The notes under the pieces: generated by a model
The model's input: the letters and a program-made list of their open reading frames with translations, nothing else
Database searches by the model: none
Told to the model about the DNA's origin: nothing
Position numbers and translations under genes: made by a program
From: Eledone cirrhosa
Lineage: Eukaryota
Assembly (NCBI GenBank): GCA_964016885.1
Contig: OZ024763.1
Coordinates: 11,346,001-11,410,000, forward strand
Reading direction: 5' to 3'
DNA length: 64,000 nucleotides
In this document: positions 1 to 12,788 of the stretch, piece by piece
Position numbering within the stretch: position 1 is the first letter of the stretch
Layout: the number at the start of each line of letters is the position of its first letter

Positions 1-252
1 GAAGATGGTAGTTGTCAAGAGGATTGGTCAAAATTTCTTGTAAACACAATTAAATCTTTCATGGATATAGATCCCAGCCTGTCTGGAAAGTCAGTAGCCC
101 CATTTCAGTACCAACTCCTTACTAGCAGTCAAAGTATTGATGATGATGATGATGTATTTTCATTTTTGTAGGTATCGGCCATCACCAAGACTGTGAATTC
201 CCAACTGCGTGGCCGTATCAACAAACCTACATTTTCTGTACCCAAACGGAAA

Positions 253-406
253 ATGGCCACAACCGAGGTCTCTCCATCAACACTGGTCCACCCAGTAAAA
301 CCAACAACCACCACAACACAACGAAGTGTCAATTCTGCACATTTGGAAAATACCAATACATTTGAGACTGTTGCAGAAGCACTGCATCTGCAGTGGTCAG
401 TGATAG
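253..406 (+). CDS. GOLGA3: GOLGA3-like first visible exon (acceptor at 171/172; candidate start ATG 253, frame also open from 172)
   Basis: ttttgtag acceptor, AAAATGG start context, donor G|GTGCGT in phase 1 matching the next exon. Confidence 0.65.
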
Positions 407-449
407 GTGCGTTCTTACAGTTTTTTGTTTTTATATCTTAACACTTCAC

Positions 450-450
450 T

Positions 451-484
<34 letters not shown>

Positions 485-730
485 CCTCTTATCTCTCTCT
501 CTGTCTCTGTCCTTCATTTCTATCTCCTCTCTCTTTCTCTCTCTTCTCTCTCTTCTCTCTCTTCTCTCTCTCTGTCTCTGTCCTTCTTTTCTCTCTCCTC
601 TCTCTCTGTCCTTCTTTTCTCTCTCCTCTCTCTCTGTCCTTTTCTCTCTCCTTCTCTCTCTCTCTTTTCTCTCTCCTCTCTCTCTCTCTTTTCTCTCTCT
701 CTCACTCCCCCCTCCTCTCCCCCCCCTCTC
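450..730. repeat. (CT)n-rich polypyrimidine microsatellite
   Basis: direct inspection. Confidence 0.9.
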
Positions 731-806
731 ACAATCCTACCCACACAAAACACAATTATCCCATTAAATACAATTAAAATTAAAATCAACCCACCCTATT
801 TATAGT

Positions 807-1147
807 AGGAAGGTCAACTCCATCAGGCCACTATCGCCCTCCACTGGTACAGGGAAGGTCAACTTCATCAGGCCACTATCGCCCTCCACTGGTACTAGGA
901 AGGTCAACTCCATCAGGCCACTATCGCCCTCCACTGGTACAGGGAAGGTCAACTTCATCAGGCCACTATCGCCTTCCACTGGTACAGGGAAGGTCAACTC
1001 CATCAGGCCACTATCGCCTTCCACTGGTACAGGGAAGGTCAACTCCATCAGGCCACTATCGCCCTCTACTGGTACTAGGAAGGTCAACTTCATCAGGCCA
1101 CTACCACCATCTACTGGTACCAGGAAGATAAACCTCATCAGGCCACT
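807..1147. repeat. 45-bp minisatellite, about 7.5 copies
   Basis: unit ggaaggtcaactccatcaggccactatcgccctccactggtacag. Confidence 0.92.
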
Positions 1148-1800
1148 GTTGCCCTCAATATCTGGTTTCTGTCAAGTTGTGGCTACCACTCTCCTGATAT
1201 TAAAGTCAAGAACGTACCATCCCCAAGACTTGAACACCTTGCTCAGGTGTGTAACTTAGTGGGTAGGATGTTCGGCTCATGACAGTAAGGTTGTGGCTTT
1301 ATTCCCCCTGACTTGGCTACTGTGGCCTTCAGTAAAGGTGCATGGTCAAGTGGTTATAATGTTGGGCTCACAACCATAAGGTCATGGGATCAATCCTTGT
1401 ACCAGGTTATGTGTTAGGTCCTTGAACAAGACATTTCATTTCACATAGCTTTGGTTCACTTGGTTGAAAATGAGTACCAGCTGTTGTTGGGACTCAATCT
1501 CACATTGGACTGGTGTCTCTAGGTTAGTTAATAACCCCATAACACTGAGGCAGTCTCATACACTGGTGTACCCTCTTGTACTCCAAGTCACTCAAAATCT
1601 CATAAAACTGGGACAGTCTTACAGTGGCCTGGCATATTCTCGTGTACTTTCAGGCACTTAAAACCCCATAAATCTGGAATAAGCTCTAGCCTAATGAATC
1701 CCTAGGCTAAATAAAAATATAAAAAACAAATCACCTTGCTTTCACCAACTTTCTAATTGTTTTCTTTTTATATAAACTATTTTATTGTTGTCATTAACAG

Positions 1801-1943
1801 GTGACAAGAATGTGACCCCTGCTTCACCTGAAGTGGTTGCACAGATTGTGGCTGAAGCAGAAAAGAGATTGAAGGCCCAGAATATACAGCAGGCACCCTT
1901 CAGTGAAAGCTTCTCCTCAGAAACATCTTCTGACATACCCCAG
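1801..1943 (+). CDS. GOLGA3: GOLGA3-like exon 2 (GDKNVTPASPEVVAQIVAEAEKRL...IPQ)
   Basis: ttaacag acceptor in phase 1, CAG|GTAGGT donor in phase 0. Confidence 0.8.
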
Positions 1944-2379
1944 GTAGGTTTTTATGCGAGTTTTTGTTTTGAGTAATTCAAGTTGAAGGTTTATTCAGCT
2001 GTTTGGTAGAAAGCGGCCTGAAACCTCCCCTTGTTCTACAACACTTAGCTGTGTGTTTTTAAATGTTTATATGTGAGAACTGTCACTATGTTTATAGGTG
2101 TAGGCATGGCTGTGTGATTAAGGAGTTCACTTTATAGCCATGTAGTTCTAGGTTCACTCCCTTAGGTAAATGTCTTCTACTACAGCCTCGGGGTAACCAA
2201 TATCTTGTGAGTGAAACTTGGTAGATGGAAACTGCAGAAGCCTATCATATGATTGTGTGTGTGGTTGGTGTAAAAAATCTGGTCAAATTTACAGTCCCAT
2301 TGGAGCAAGGTACGGCATGGTCAATCCAGGCCAGGCTTGTCTCTCAACACAAACGACCAGTCTGACCAATGCAAGAATA

Positions 2380-2672
2380 AATCGTTTAACGTCTATCTTC
2401 CACGCTAGCATGGGTTAGACGGGTTGTCCTGTTGTGAGCAGTGTCCAGTCGGTTGACCTTGTCTTGCTCATATGGGAACCTGATTCTGGCTTGATTTCTA
2501 CAGCTGGATGCCCTTCCTAACACCAACCTCATTTACAGTGAGTGCTGGGTGCTTTTTTTCCATGGCGCCTACATGACCACTTTGCAGTGGAATGATAGGG
2601 ACCCCAGTCCTATCATCTCATTTCTACAGCTGAGTAAACTGGAGCAATGTGAAATAAAGTGTCTTGCTCAAG
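2380..2672 (-). mobile_element. 5'-truncated SINE family A copy with alternative RTE-like tail
   Basis: Reverse complement of the body of the 29017-29401 SINE. Confidence 0.75.
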
Positions 2673-2721
2673 ACAAAGTTGTTTAGTTTAGAATGTATAT
2701 ATTTATCCAAAAACCTTCCAT

Positions 2722-3080
2722 TAAATGCATTTGTGAGGTTTATATCAAATAATAATAATAATATTAATAATATTCGATTCGTTTGCAAGCAAACAACCTT
2801 ATTACGCTATGTTTTTTAGGTGACCATTGCCATCCTTTTGTTCTAGCGGTGACAGAAACTATTGACAGTATTATTTCTGGGTTATTGCCCTTCATCAAGA
2901 TTGTGACCCTCTCTCTTGACAAAGAGCAATAACCCAGAAACAATATTGTCAATAGTTTCTCTCTGTCACCACTAGAACAAAGGGAAGGTGGTAATCATCT
3001 AAAAACACAGCGTAATGAGGCCGTTTGCTTGCAAACGAATCAAATATTATCGTTCAATATAAAACTCGCAAATGCATTTA
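2722..3080. repeat. Diverged long inverted repeat (arms about 170 bp, loop 2901-2913) with decayed hammerhead-like motifs
   Basis: taaatgcatttg...tcatcaaga pairs with tcttgacaa...caaatgcattta. Confidence 0.85.
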
Positions 3081-3235
3081 CGTATCTGCTATGTTAGAGC
3101 AAAAAACCAAATTCTAATTTTGTCTTTCCATTTTAATTTTATGTAAAAACGTTTAAGTTATGTTTTGAACAGCCCTGGTTTTATGATACAAATCTGTTTA
3201 GTTTAAAATGTTTACATTTATCTAAAAACCTTCCA

Positions 3236-3420
3236 TGGTGGATTGGCAGTATCGGTAGAGGGTCGGACGCCATGCTTTCCAGCATAGTTACGTCCCTTTA
3301 CGATCTGAGTTCAAATCCCGCCGAGGTTGACTTTGCCTTTCATCCTTACGGGGTCGATAAAATAAAGTACCAGTAATGCACTGGGTAATTGCTGGCCTTG
3401 TGCCAAAAGTAGAAACAATT
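3236..3420 (+). mobile_element. SINE family B (tRNA-like head, Meta-like central domain gcctttcatccttacggggtcgataaaataaagtaccag)
   Basis: Near-identical to 30988-31171; B-box gagttcaaatcc. Confidence 0.85.
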
Positions 3421-3689
3421 ATAATTTCATATGTTCCAAACAGTCTTGGTTCTATGATACACAACTGTTTATTTTAAAGTGTTTATATTTATCTAAAAAC
3501 CATCCATCATAATTTTATATAAAAGCCTTTGTGATGTTCCAAACACCAGCTTAATAAAGAGAAAGTTAGATATATTACTAAATCCCTCTAAATTCTTGAT
3601 TATTTTCAAAATCATTTGAAAATTATAAGCAATGTCTTTCATTAAAAATCTGATAACAAAAGGGTTAACTTTAAAATTTTTTATTTCAG

Positions 3690-4760
3690 AACATTGTTCC
3701 TAGTGTTGGCAGCGCTGATGGCCAAAACCAGAAAATGTCTTTTGAGAGACCGCCACGGTTGGATGCATTGTATTCGAATGATACACCTTCATTGCTTTCT
3801 TCAGGAGAAAGCAATGAAACATTGTCAAAACACGTTTCAAAGACCAACAGCACAGACTTAGTTCAAGTTATACCATCGACGGAAGGCAAAATTATAATCC
3901 CTGCAACAAACATCACTTTAACAACAGAAAGAAAATCTTGGTTCCACTCAGGACCTAAGCTCATCTCTGACTCTAAAACAACTTCGCCATCTTCTACAGG
4001 TTCCATCACAAAGACATCCCCTTCTCATATGACTGGTGACAGAGAGCAGAGAAAACCACCAAAATCTACGAGAAAGGAAAAACCGAGTAATAAATCTGCT
4101 ACCACTTCCAAGGATTTGACAGAAGAAAACAATGGTTTGATGTCTCTGTCAACATCAACAACATCATCAGCTGTCTCATCCATGGAGCCTATCTTAAGTG
4201 TCCAAGACTTCAGTCAAGAGAATGGTACGAGTGAATGTGACAAAACTGATGATGTTGCTTCTGTGAAAAGTTCCTCTGTACAATTCTCTGACTGTGATGA
4301 TGATTACAACTACGAAGATGACACCACAGCTGAGGCCTTCCTCAAGTCTTTGCCACCTGTTAAAGCCATCGAGTTGGAGAGTTTCCTGAAAAGGTTTCAA
4401 AATGGTCGTCACTCTCCACCAGTTCGAGAGCGTTCCTTCACACCAAATGACTCTGCCAGAGATACCACCCCAACCACAACCACTGCCGGATCCTCAGGCT
4501 TTTCTATACTGGATTCTTCCGTAACTGGTGCCAGCCATGACCCTACCTCAAAAAATTATCCTTTCCCGAGTGCGGCGGACGTTTCTGATCGTCTTGGTGC
4601 CATCCCCGGCAACGTGGAATTACCCGAGAAAGATGTCGGTACTCTCCCATCTAGATATCCCCAGTCGGTGCCAACTGTTACAAAACCAAAAATTGTTCTT
4701 GCTGATCCAGGCCCACTTTTCAAGAATGCAATGAAACCATTCACAGAGAGAAAGTCCAAG
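3690..4760 (+). CDS. GOLGA3: GOLGA3-like exon 3, Ser/Thr-rich head domain
   Basis: tttcag acceptor, 357 open codons, AAG|GTAACT donor. Confidence 0.85.
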
Positions 4761-4766
4761 GTAACT

Positions 4767-6578
4767 TTAACCCTTTATCATTTAAACCGGCTCTATCCAG
4801 CCAGAATTCTCTCACATTTCTCTTTTCAAACCGTCCATAACTGGCCACTCATACTGACGATAAGATATTGTTCTCAAAATAAATAACAACAACATCTTGT
4901 AGATTTGATATTCTGTGAGATATTATGTGAGGTAAAACCTTTTCTGTGAAAATACAATAGTATATATAGAGTAATGTAAATGTTGTGTGAGATATTATGT
5001 GAGGTAAAGCCTTTACTGTGACAATACAATAGTATATATAGAGTAATGTAAATGTTATGTGAGGTATTATGTGAGGTAAAACCTTTTCTGTGAAAATACA
5101 ATAGTATATATAGAGTAATGTAAATGTTGTGTGAGATATTATGTGAGGTAAAACCTTTACTGTGAAAATACAATAGTATATATAGAGTAATGTAAATGTT
5201 ATGTGAGATATTATGTGAGGTAAAGCCTTTACTGTGACAATACAATAGTATATATAGAGTAATGTAAATGTTGTGTGAGATATTATGTGAGGTAAAGCCT
5301 TTACTGTGAAAATACAATAGTATATATAGAGTAATGTAAATGTTGTGTGAGATATTATGTGAGGTAAAGCCTTTACTGTGAAAATACAATAGTATATATA
5401 GAGTAATGTAAATGTTGTGTGAGATATTATGTGAGGTAAAACCTTTACTGTGAAAATACAATAGTATATATAGAGTAATGTAAATGTTATGTGAGATATT
5501 ATGTGAGGTAAAGTCTTTACTGTGAAAATACAATAGTATATCTAGAGTAATGTAAATGTTGTGTGAGATATTATGTGAGGTAAAGCCTTTACTGTGAAAA
5601 TACAATAGTATATCTAGAGTAATGTAAATGTTATGTGAGATATTATGTGAGGTAAAGTCTTTACTGTGAAAATACAATAGTATATCTAGAGTAATGTAAA
5701 TGTTATGTGAGATATTATGTGACGTAAAGTCTTTACTGTGAAAATACAATAGTATATCTAGAGTAATGTAAATGTTATGTGAGATATTATGTGAGGTAAA
5801 GTCTTTACTGTGAAAATACAATAGTATATCTAGAGTAATGTAAATGTTGTGTGAGATATTATGTGAGGTAAAGCCTTTACTGTGAAAATACAATAGTATA
5901 TCTAGAGTAATGTAAATGTTATGTGAGATATTATGTGAGGTAAAGTCTTTACTGTGAAAATACAATAGTATATCTAGAGTAATGTAAATGTTATGTGAGA
6001 TATTATGTGAGGTAAAGTCTTTACTGTGAAAATACAATAGTATATCTAGAGTAATGTAAATGTTATGTGAGATATTATGTGAGGTAAAGTCTTTACTGTG
6101 AAAATACAATAGTATATCTAGAGTAATGTAAATGTTATGTGAGATATTATGTGAGGTAAAGTCTTTACTGTGAAAATACAATAGTATATCTAGAGTAATG
6201 TAAATGTTATGTGAGATATTATGTGAGGTAAAGTCTTTACTGTGAAAATACAATAGTATATCTAGAGTAATGTAAATGTTATGTGAGATATTATGTGAGG
6301 TAAAGTCTTTACTGTGAAAATACAATAGTATATATAGAGTAATGTAAATGTTATGTGAGATATTATGTGAGGTAAAGTCTTTACTGTGACAATATAATAG
6401 TATATATAGAGTAATGTAAATGTTATGTGAGATATTATGTGAGGTAAAGTCTTTACTGTGAAAATATAATAGTATATATAGAGTAATGTAAATGTTATGT
6501 GAGATATTATGTGAGGTAAAGCCTTTACTGTGAAAATACAATAGTATATATAGAGTAATGTAAATGCTGAAGAGTTAA
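4767..6578. mobile_element. TTAA-flanked MITE (family A, piggyBac-like ends) swollen by an internal 72-bp tandem array
   Basis: Ends TTAAccctttatcattta...taaatgctgaagagTTAA; unexpanded copies of about 210-225 bp at 27521 and 34008. Confidence 0.8.
4913..6566. repeat. 72-bp minisatellite, about 23 copies
   Basis: tattatgtgagg recurs at 4921, 4993 ... 6505. Confidence 0.97.
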
Positions 6579-7799
6579 CCCATTTTTCTGTACATATGCA
6601 AAAAAAGGGGGGGGATTGAGAGGACCCTTCAGTTGTGTCAAGGACTTGACAACCTCCCTAGTATTGGTGATCTACATGATAAGTGCACTAAATACATTAT
6701 GTAAAGTGGTTGGTTATAGGAAGGGCATCCAGCCGTAGAAAGGGTTAGGAGGAACCTTTAATTTGTCTCAAAAGACATGACAACCTCTCCTGTGCACTCT
6801 GTAGAACATGTATACTGCTTACCTGCTGTCAGAGCTAGTGAAAATATATGATATTTTCTGGGATATACAGTGACTGATCGGCCTGATTTGCCTATTAGCA
6901 GACTGACTGATTAATATATATATATATATTATATATACACACACATACGCATTTTATCTTTGCACCAGCACTAGAGAGATTGTCATGTCTTTGACACAAC
7001 TGAAGGGTCCTAGGAACATATAAGGTGCGTGGCTGAGTGGTAAGAGAATTGAATTTACAATCGTGAGATTGTGAGTTCAATTCCCGGATCGGGCAATGTG
7101 TTGTGTCCTTGAGCAAGACACTTTATTTCACGTTGCTCCTTCTGCCTGGAGTTGTGACCAATAGATAGTACTAGTAATTGGAAAAACCAATGGAAACATT
7201 GTTTCCTCGGTCCAATTTGTCGAAAGTCGATCGACTGTCGATATATATACACACACACCATTTTATCTTGGCACCAGCACGAGAGAGGTTGTCATGTCTT
7301 TGACACAACTGAAGCATCGTTGTGACCAGTTGTTTGGCAGGTTGTCTTTGGCTGGATGCCATTCCTGTCACTAACCACTTTACAGAGTGTACTGGGTGTC
7401 GTTTATCATGGAACAAACACTAGAGAAGTTGTGCCCTTTGTGTAAGAACCTTTTAGAAATAGGGTTTATATTTATCTAAAAATCTTCCATCATAATTTTA
7501 TGTAAGAACCTTTGTTAAGTTCATAATGAGAAAGTTATATTACTAAATCTCTCCAAATTCTTGATTATTTTCAAAATTATTTGAAAATCATAAGTGTGTT
7601 TTATTAAAGATATGGTGACAAACCATAATCTGTGTTTCATTAGAGATACGGTATGTATGTTTTGTATGGTACTGTAACTCTTGATAGTCGTAGGGGTGTC
7701 GTATTGTCATTTTTTAAGCCTGACAGAGCCCATCCCTCTCCAGGCCTGAGTACAGCAGATTTCTACCAGAGAAAGATAGAAAGGGAATGAGAAAGATAT

Positions 7800-7908
7800 A
7801 TAGAGGAAGAATCGACCCCAGTACTACACTGGTACTTTTTTAAATCAACCTCGAAAGGATGAAAGACAAAGTTGACCTCAGCAGGATTTGAACTCAGAGA
7901 GCTGGAAC
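7800..7908 (-). mobile_element. SINE family B fragment
   Basis: ctggtactttt...aaaggatgaaagacaaagttgacctcagcaggatttgaactcag. Confidence 0.7.
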
Positions 7909-8267
7909 GACTAGAGATATGGAAACGAATCAGGTGTGTTCATTAGAGGTATGATAACGAATTGCAATTAGTGTTTTCATTGGGGCTATGGTAATGAATT
8001 ATTGTTTCATTAGGTTGTGATAACCAATCAGTTGTTTCAGTAGATTTATGGTAACGAATCGTTGTTTTTATTAGATTATGGTAACGAATAATAATCAGTT
8101 TCATGGGCATGTGGTAACGAACCGTTAGTGTGTTTCATTGGGCATGTGGTAACGAATCATAAGCAGTGTTTCGTTAGAAATATACTCACAAATCTTATCT
8201 GTTTCATTAGAAATATAGTAATGAAAGTGTTAATGACTCAGGTTTTTCTCTACTCCATATTTTGCAG

Positions 8268-9302
8268 GCCTATGGCACAATATCTTCCCCAGTAACAGGA
8301 AAACCTGATGAAATGAACATAAATGATGTTCTGAAGGAAAAAGCCAAGCTGGAAGGCCAATTAGAAGTGTTGAGTTCTGAAGCAGAAATTGCACTACAGG
8401 AGCGGGCTGAACTACAGGCACAAGTTGCCTCCCTAGAACAGAAACTACAACTGAGCAAAAATTCTGAGTCTGACGTGAAACAGAATGCCCTGAAAGCTGA
8501 CATAAAAAGCCTAAAAGAGAGCCGCGTCTACCTAGAACACTGCCTGGATGACACCCAGAAGATGCTTGAGGAAAAGATTGAGGCTATGAAACTATATGAA
8601 GACGAATTGAAGCTGTCCCAAGAGATACAAGACAAACAAAGCATAAAACATCGAGAACTAAAAGACAGCCTTAACGCTAGAGATGTTACCATCCAAGCAC
8701 TGAAATCTAAAGTTGCAGAACTTTATGTGGAGGTGCAGACTGTACTTCAGAACAAGATGCAGTCTGATACTGATGCAAGGGCCGCTAAAAGTGACCTGTC
8801 TGCCATTGTCAGCACAAAACAGTGGTACCACGAACAGCTGCAGATGGCCAACAAGATCCGTTCAGAGTTGCAGAAAGAGCTGACTGCGTTGCATGCACGG
8901 GTCTCATCTCAGGGTATCATCAACGAACGGCTAAAAGCTGACACTGCCCGACTGCACCAGCTCCTATCAGAGACACGACAGAAAGCTGTGGTCGAGAAAG
9001 AGACACTAGCTCGACAACTAGAGAACATACAGGGTGACATGTTGGAGCGGGAAACAGCCTTCCAGGAGATTCAGAGGGAACGACACCTTATAGAGGAAAC
9101 ATTTGATTCAAAGATCTTGAGTGTTGAGGAAGAGAAATCAAAGATTGTGATACTGTTACAGACCACAGTGGAGCTGGAGGCACAGCTGGAAAAGTCACAG
9201 AACAATGTAAAGAGGAAGCAGGTTCAGATCTTTGCTTTGGAAACAGAACAGGCCAGTCTGATGAAGAATCTGATGGTTACAGAAGGAAATCTCACAGAAA
9301 AG
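8268..9302 (+). CDS. GOLGA3: GOLGA3-like exon 4, coiled coil
   Basis: tttgcag acceptor, AAG|GTACCA donor, heptad-rich ORF. Confidence 0.92.
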
Positions 9303-9436
9303 GTACCATATTTTTATTTGGTCTTCTTTATTTTATCTTTATTTCATAATCTCATATCATGGTGGGTTGGATGGTGGTGTAAATTTACATAAATACATGA
9401 ATTGATGAAGCACATTTTTTCATAATTTTTCTACTT

Positions 9437-9686
9437 TAACCCTTTTCATACCAAACTACCTTAAACCACCCTTGCTTCTATGATACAAAACTGTCTTAAA
9501 GTTTTTGTATTGATCTGAAACCCTTCGATTTTAATTTATGTAAACACCTTTAAGTTATTTTCCAAACTTCGGCTTAATGAGAAAGTTACTTAAATTAATA
9601 AATCTTTCCAAATTCTGGATTTTTTTTAAATTACTTGAAAATCCTAGACAGTATGTTTCATTAGAAATATGGTAACGAAAGGGTTG
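9437..9686. mobile_element. MITE family B (taacccttt...aaagggtt ends)
   Basis: Terminal inverted repeats; related pieces at 3440-3668, 7460-7620 and 54181-54422. Confidence 0.7.
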
Positions 9687-9704
9687 AGATGTTTATTATC
9701 ATCA

Positions 9705-9916
9705 TCACAAGAAAGGCCTAAGCATGGTCAGCTTGCAACAAGATGGATTGAGTTTGGCACTCAGATCTTTACAACCACACCAAAATAAGACTCTTCCAAG
9801 TAACAATTCAACCAATCTTGCTATATGGAAGTGCAACATGGATGCTTTCATCCAAACAACAAAAGCGCCTTGATGGCACCTACTACTACTACTACTACTA
9901 CCACCTTGATGGCACC

Positions 9917-9947
<31 letters not shown>

Positions 9948-10375
9948 TTGATGGCACCTACTACTACTACTACTACTACCACCTTGATGGCACCTACACT
10001 ACTACTACTACCACCTTGATGGCACCTACTACTACTACTACTACTACCACCTTGATGGCACCTACACTTGCCTACTTCGACGCATTCAGAACATAAGCTG
10101 GCGACATCTGGCTTTGTAAGAGATATATGCTGACCTCCCACACATATCTGTCGTTGTACGTAAAAGGAGAGTAAGATTTACTGGCCACTGCCATCGTGCC
10201 ACCTCTGAGGCTGTGAAAACCACAAGCAGTCACTAATAACAGGGTTTCACAAGCTCTCCTATCCCGATGTCATCTCCAGAGATTCTGGTATTGAAATCCA
10301 AGATTTGGCAGCGGCAATGAACCCACGTAGAGGTGAATTGTTGAGTCGATTTCGGCTGAGGCTGCCGGATGATCA
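9705..10375 (+). mobile_element. Decayed RTE/RTE-X-like LINE 3' fragment with internal (TAC)n-containing tandem duplication
   Basis: Translates to RKGLAWSACNKM..PILLYGSATWMLSSKQQKRLDGTY..RRVRFTGHCHRA. Confidence 0.8.
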
Positions 10376-10534
10376 TCATCGATATATATAACGTCCATTT
10401 TTCCACGTTAGCATGGGTTAGATGAGTATGTCCCATTGTGAGACAAGTTAGATCAGATGACCATGTCTTGCTCAAAACAGCATTGATTCTGGATGGTTTC
10501 TACAGTTGGGTGCCCTTCTTAATGCCAACCTCCT

Positions 10535-11168
10535 TTACAGTGTGGACTGGGTGCTTTTTGTTGTGACACCTACACGACCACTTTACAGTGTGGACTGGTG
10601 CTTTTTGTTGTGGCACCTACACGACCACTTTACAGTGTGGACTGGTGCTTTTTGTTGTGGCACCTACACGACCACTTTACAGTGTGGACTGGGTGCTTTT
10701 TGTTGTGACACCTACACAACCACTTTACAGTGTGGACTGGGTGCTTTTTGTTGTGACACCTACACGACCACTTTACAGTGTGGACTGGTGCTTTTTGTTG
10801 TGACACCTACACGACCACTTTACAGTGTGGACTGGTGCTTTTTGTTGTGACACCTACACGACCACTTTACAGTGTGGACTGGGTGCTTTTTGTTGTGACA
10901 CCTACACGACCACTTTACAGTGTGGACTGGTGCTTTTTGTTGTGACACCTACACGACCACTTTACAGTGTGGACTGGGTGCTTTTTGTCGTTGGACCAAC
11001 ACAACTACTTTACAGTGTGGACTGGGTGCTTTTTGTTGTGGCACCAACACAACCACTTTACAGTGTGGACTGGGTGCTTTTTGTCGTTGGACCAACACAA
11101 CTACTTTACAGTGTGGACTGGGTGCTTTTTGTTGTGGCACCAACACAACCACTTTACAGTGTGGACTG
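10535..11168. repeat. 47/48-bp minisatellite derived from a SINE body module
   Basis: unit tttacagtgtggactg(g)gtgctttttgttgtgacacctacacgaccac, continuous with the SINE tail at 10385-10535. Confidence 0.92.
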
Positions 11169-11873
11169 AGCATGTTTTGTATTTACCTAAAAACCTCCCA
11201 TCATAATTTCATATAAGAATCTTTGTTATGTTCCAAACATAAATAAATCAGTTAGTTATATAACTAAATAACTGAAAATAACTATTCCCAACATTATTGG
11301 TTCATTATTAAGAAGGGTGTTACATTTAAAACCTGTTATATCTGTTATATAGTGTTATATGTCTACAGTACCAACATTGATACAGTGCAATTAAACTGCT
11401 TGACAGAATTATATCCCTTAGACACTGCACTGTCAAGTTATATTTCCTTGAGTTGGTAGTTTCTTGTACAAATAATATGGAGTTATCAAGTGTTACTGTG
11501 GCAACAGCCCTGACGCTTAACCTCCTGTACCGCATGAAACCACATTAGCAAGACATTCTTGAAAAGTACAAAACAACACTATGACAACATCAAAGACTTA
11601 ACTTTAATACTGTAAATTCCCACAACAATCTGTCCATTAGTAAAGGTGCTATAAACATTTAGTACAAATTAGTAACGTGACAGCATCACATTAAATATTA
11701 AAGTCTTTACTGTAGTACTGTAAAGTCCCACAACAATTTGTCCATTAGTAAAGATACTATAAACTGTAAATCTATTTACAGATATTTTGTCTTTGAAAGT
11801 AATTCTTGTAATTAATTCTTGTAATTGGTAAATTGTTTGATTCTCATGTTTATTTTCCATTGCATTTATTCAG

Positions 11874-12788
11874 GACAAAATCATGGAAGAATTACAACAG
11901 AAACTTATTGATGTTGAGTCATCGTTGAGTGCCTTCCAATCAGAACTTGGTCGCAAGAACCAGGAGGTGCTGAAGTTGAAAGAAGAGAAGGCTACTGTTG
12001 AAATATCTTTGGTAGCAGCTTATGAAGAAAAGAAGGTCTTTGATTCTTCGTTGGAAACCCTTCGTGGAGACTTGAGCAAAGTAGAGAAAAGTTTCTGGCA
12101 AATGAAGCAGGAACTGAGTAACCGTGTTGCTGAACTGGATCAGGTAAAGTTGGACAGGGATAGAATTAAGTTGGAACTGGAGGAATCTCTTAAGACATTG
12201 TCTAGTTTACCAGAGAAAGAACTTCACGAAGACGGAGAGAGTATGGTTGAACATTCCAAGAAGGTTGAGAAGAAGAACGAAACACTTACCCAGGATGTGA
12301 ATGATCTGCGCACTGAGTTAACTGAATTGAATGATCGCTACTTGCACGAAGTCCATGAGAAAGAGGCCATGCAGAACCTTTTGGAAGAGGTTCAAAAGAA
12401 ACTTGACCTCGTAAACGGAGAATTAGAAAAAGAGAAAGAGAGATTATCAAACGAAGACCAAAGTTTAGAAAATTCTGAGAGACTCCTACAACTTGAAACC
12501 GAGAACCAAACCTTGAAAGCAGAGATGAAATCTGCAGAAAAGAAGTGGCAAAACAACTTGACCAAACAGAAAGCTCGGTCAGCGAAACTTTCCTCTGACT
12601 TAAACACTGTAAAGAGTGAGCTGATGGAAAGACAGACAGCCTACGACAACAACACAGAACTTCTGAGTAGTAAACTCCGTGAGATCGCTTCTGGCAAAGA
12701 GGCACTTCAGAACGAACTTGATATGTTGAAACGCAAGTTTGAATTGGGTATGTTGGAACAACAGGATCATATGAAGGTGGAGTTACAG
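11874..12788 (+). CDS. GOLGA3: GOLGA3-like exon 5, coiled coil
   Basis: ttcag acceptor, CAG|GTAAAT donor, E/K/L/Q-rich ORF. Confidence 0.92.

Noticed and set aside
1-171. Open frame upstream of the first exon
   Set aside because: It ends in TAG at the acceptor and in a (GAT)n tract; more likely an intronic retroelement remnant.
4874-6541. 555-aa minus-strand ORF
   Set aside because: Translation of the 72-bp array inside a MITE, antisense in an intron.
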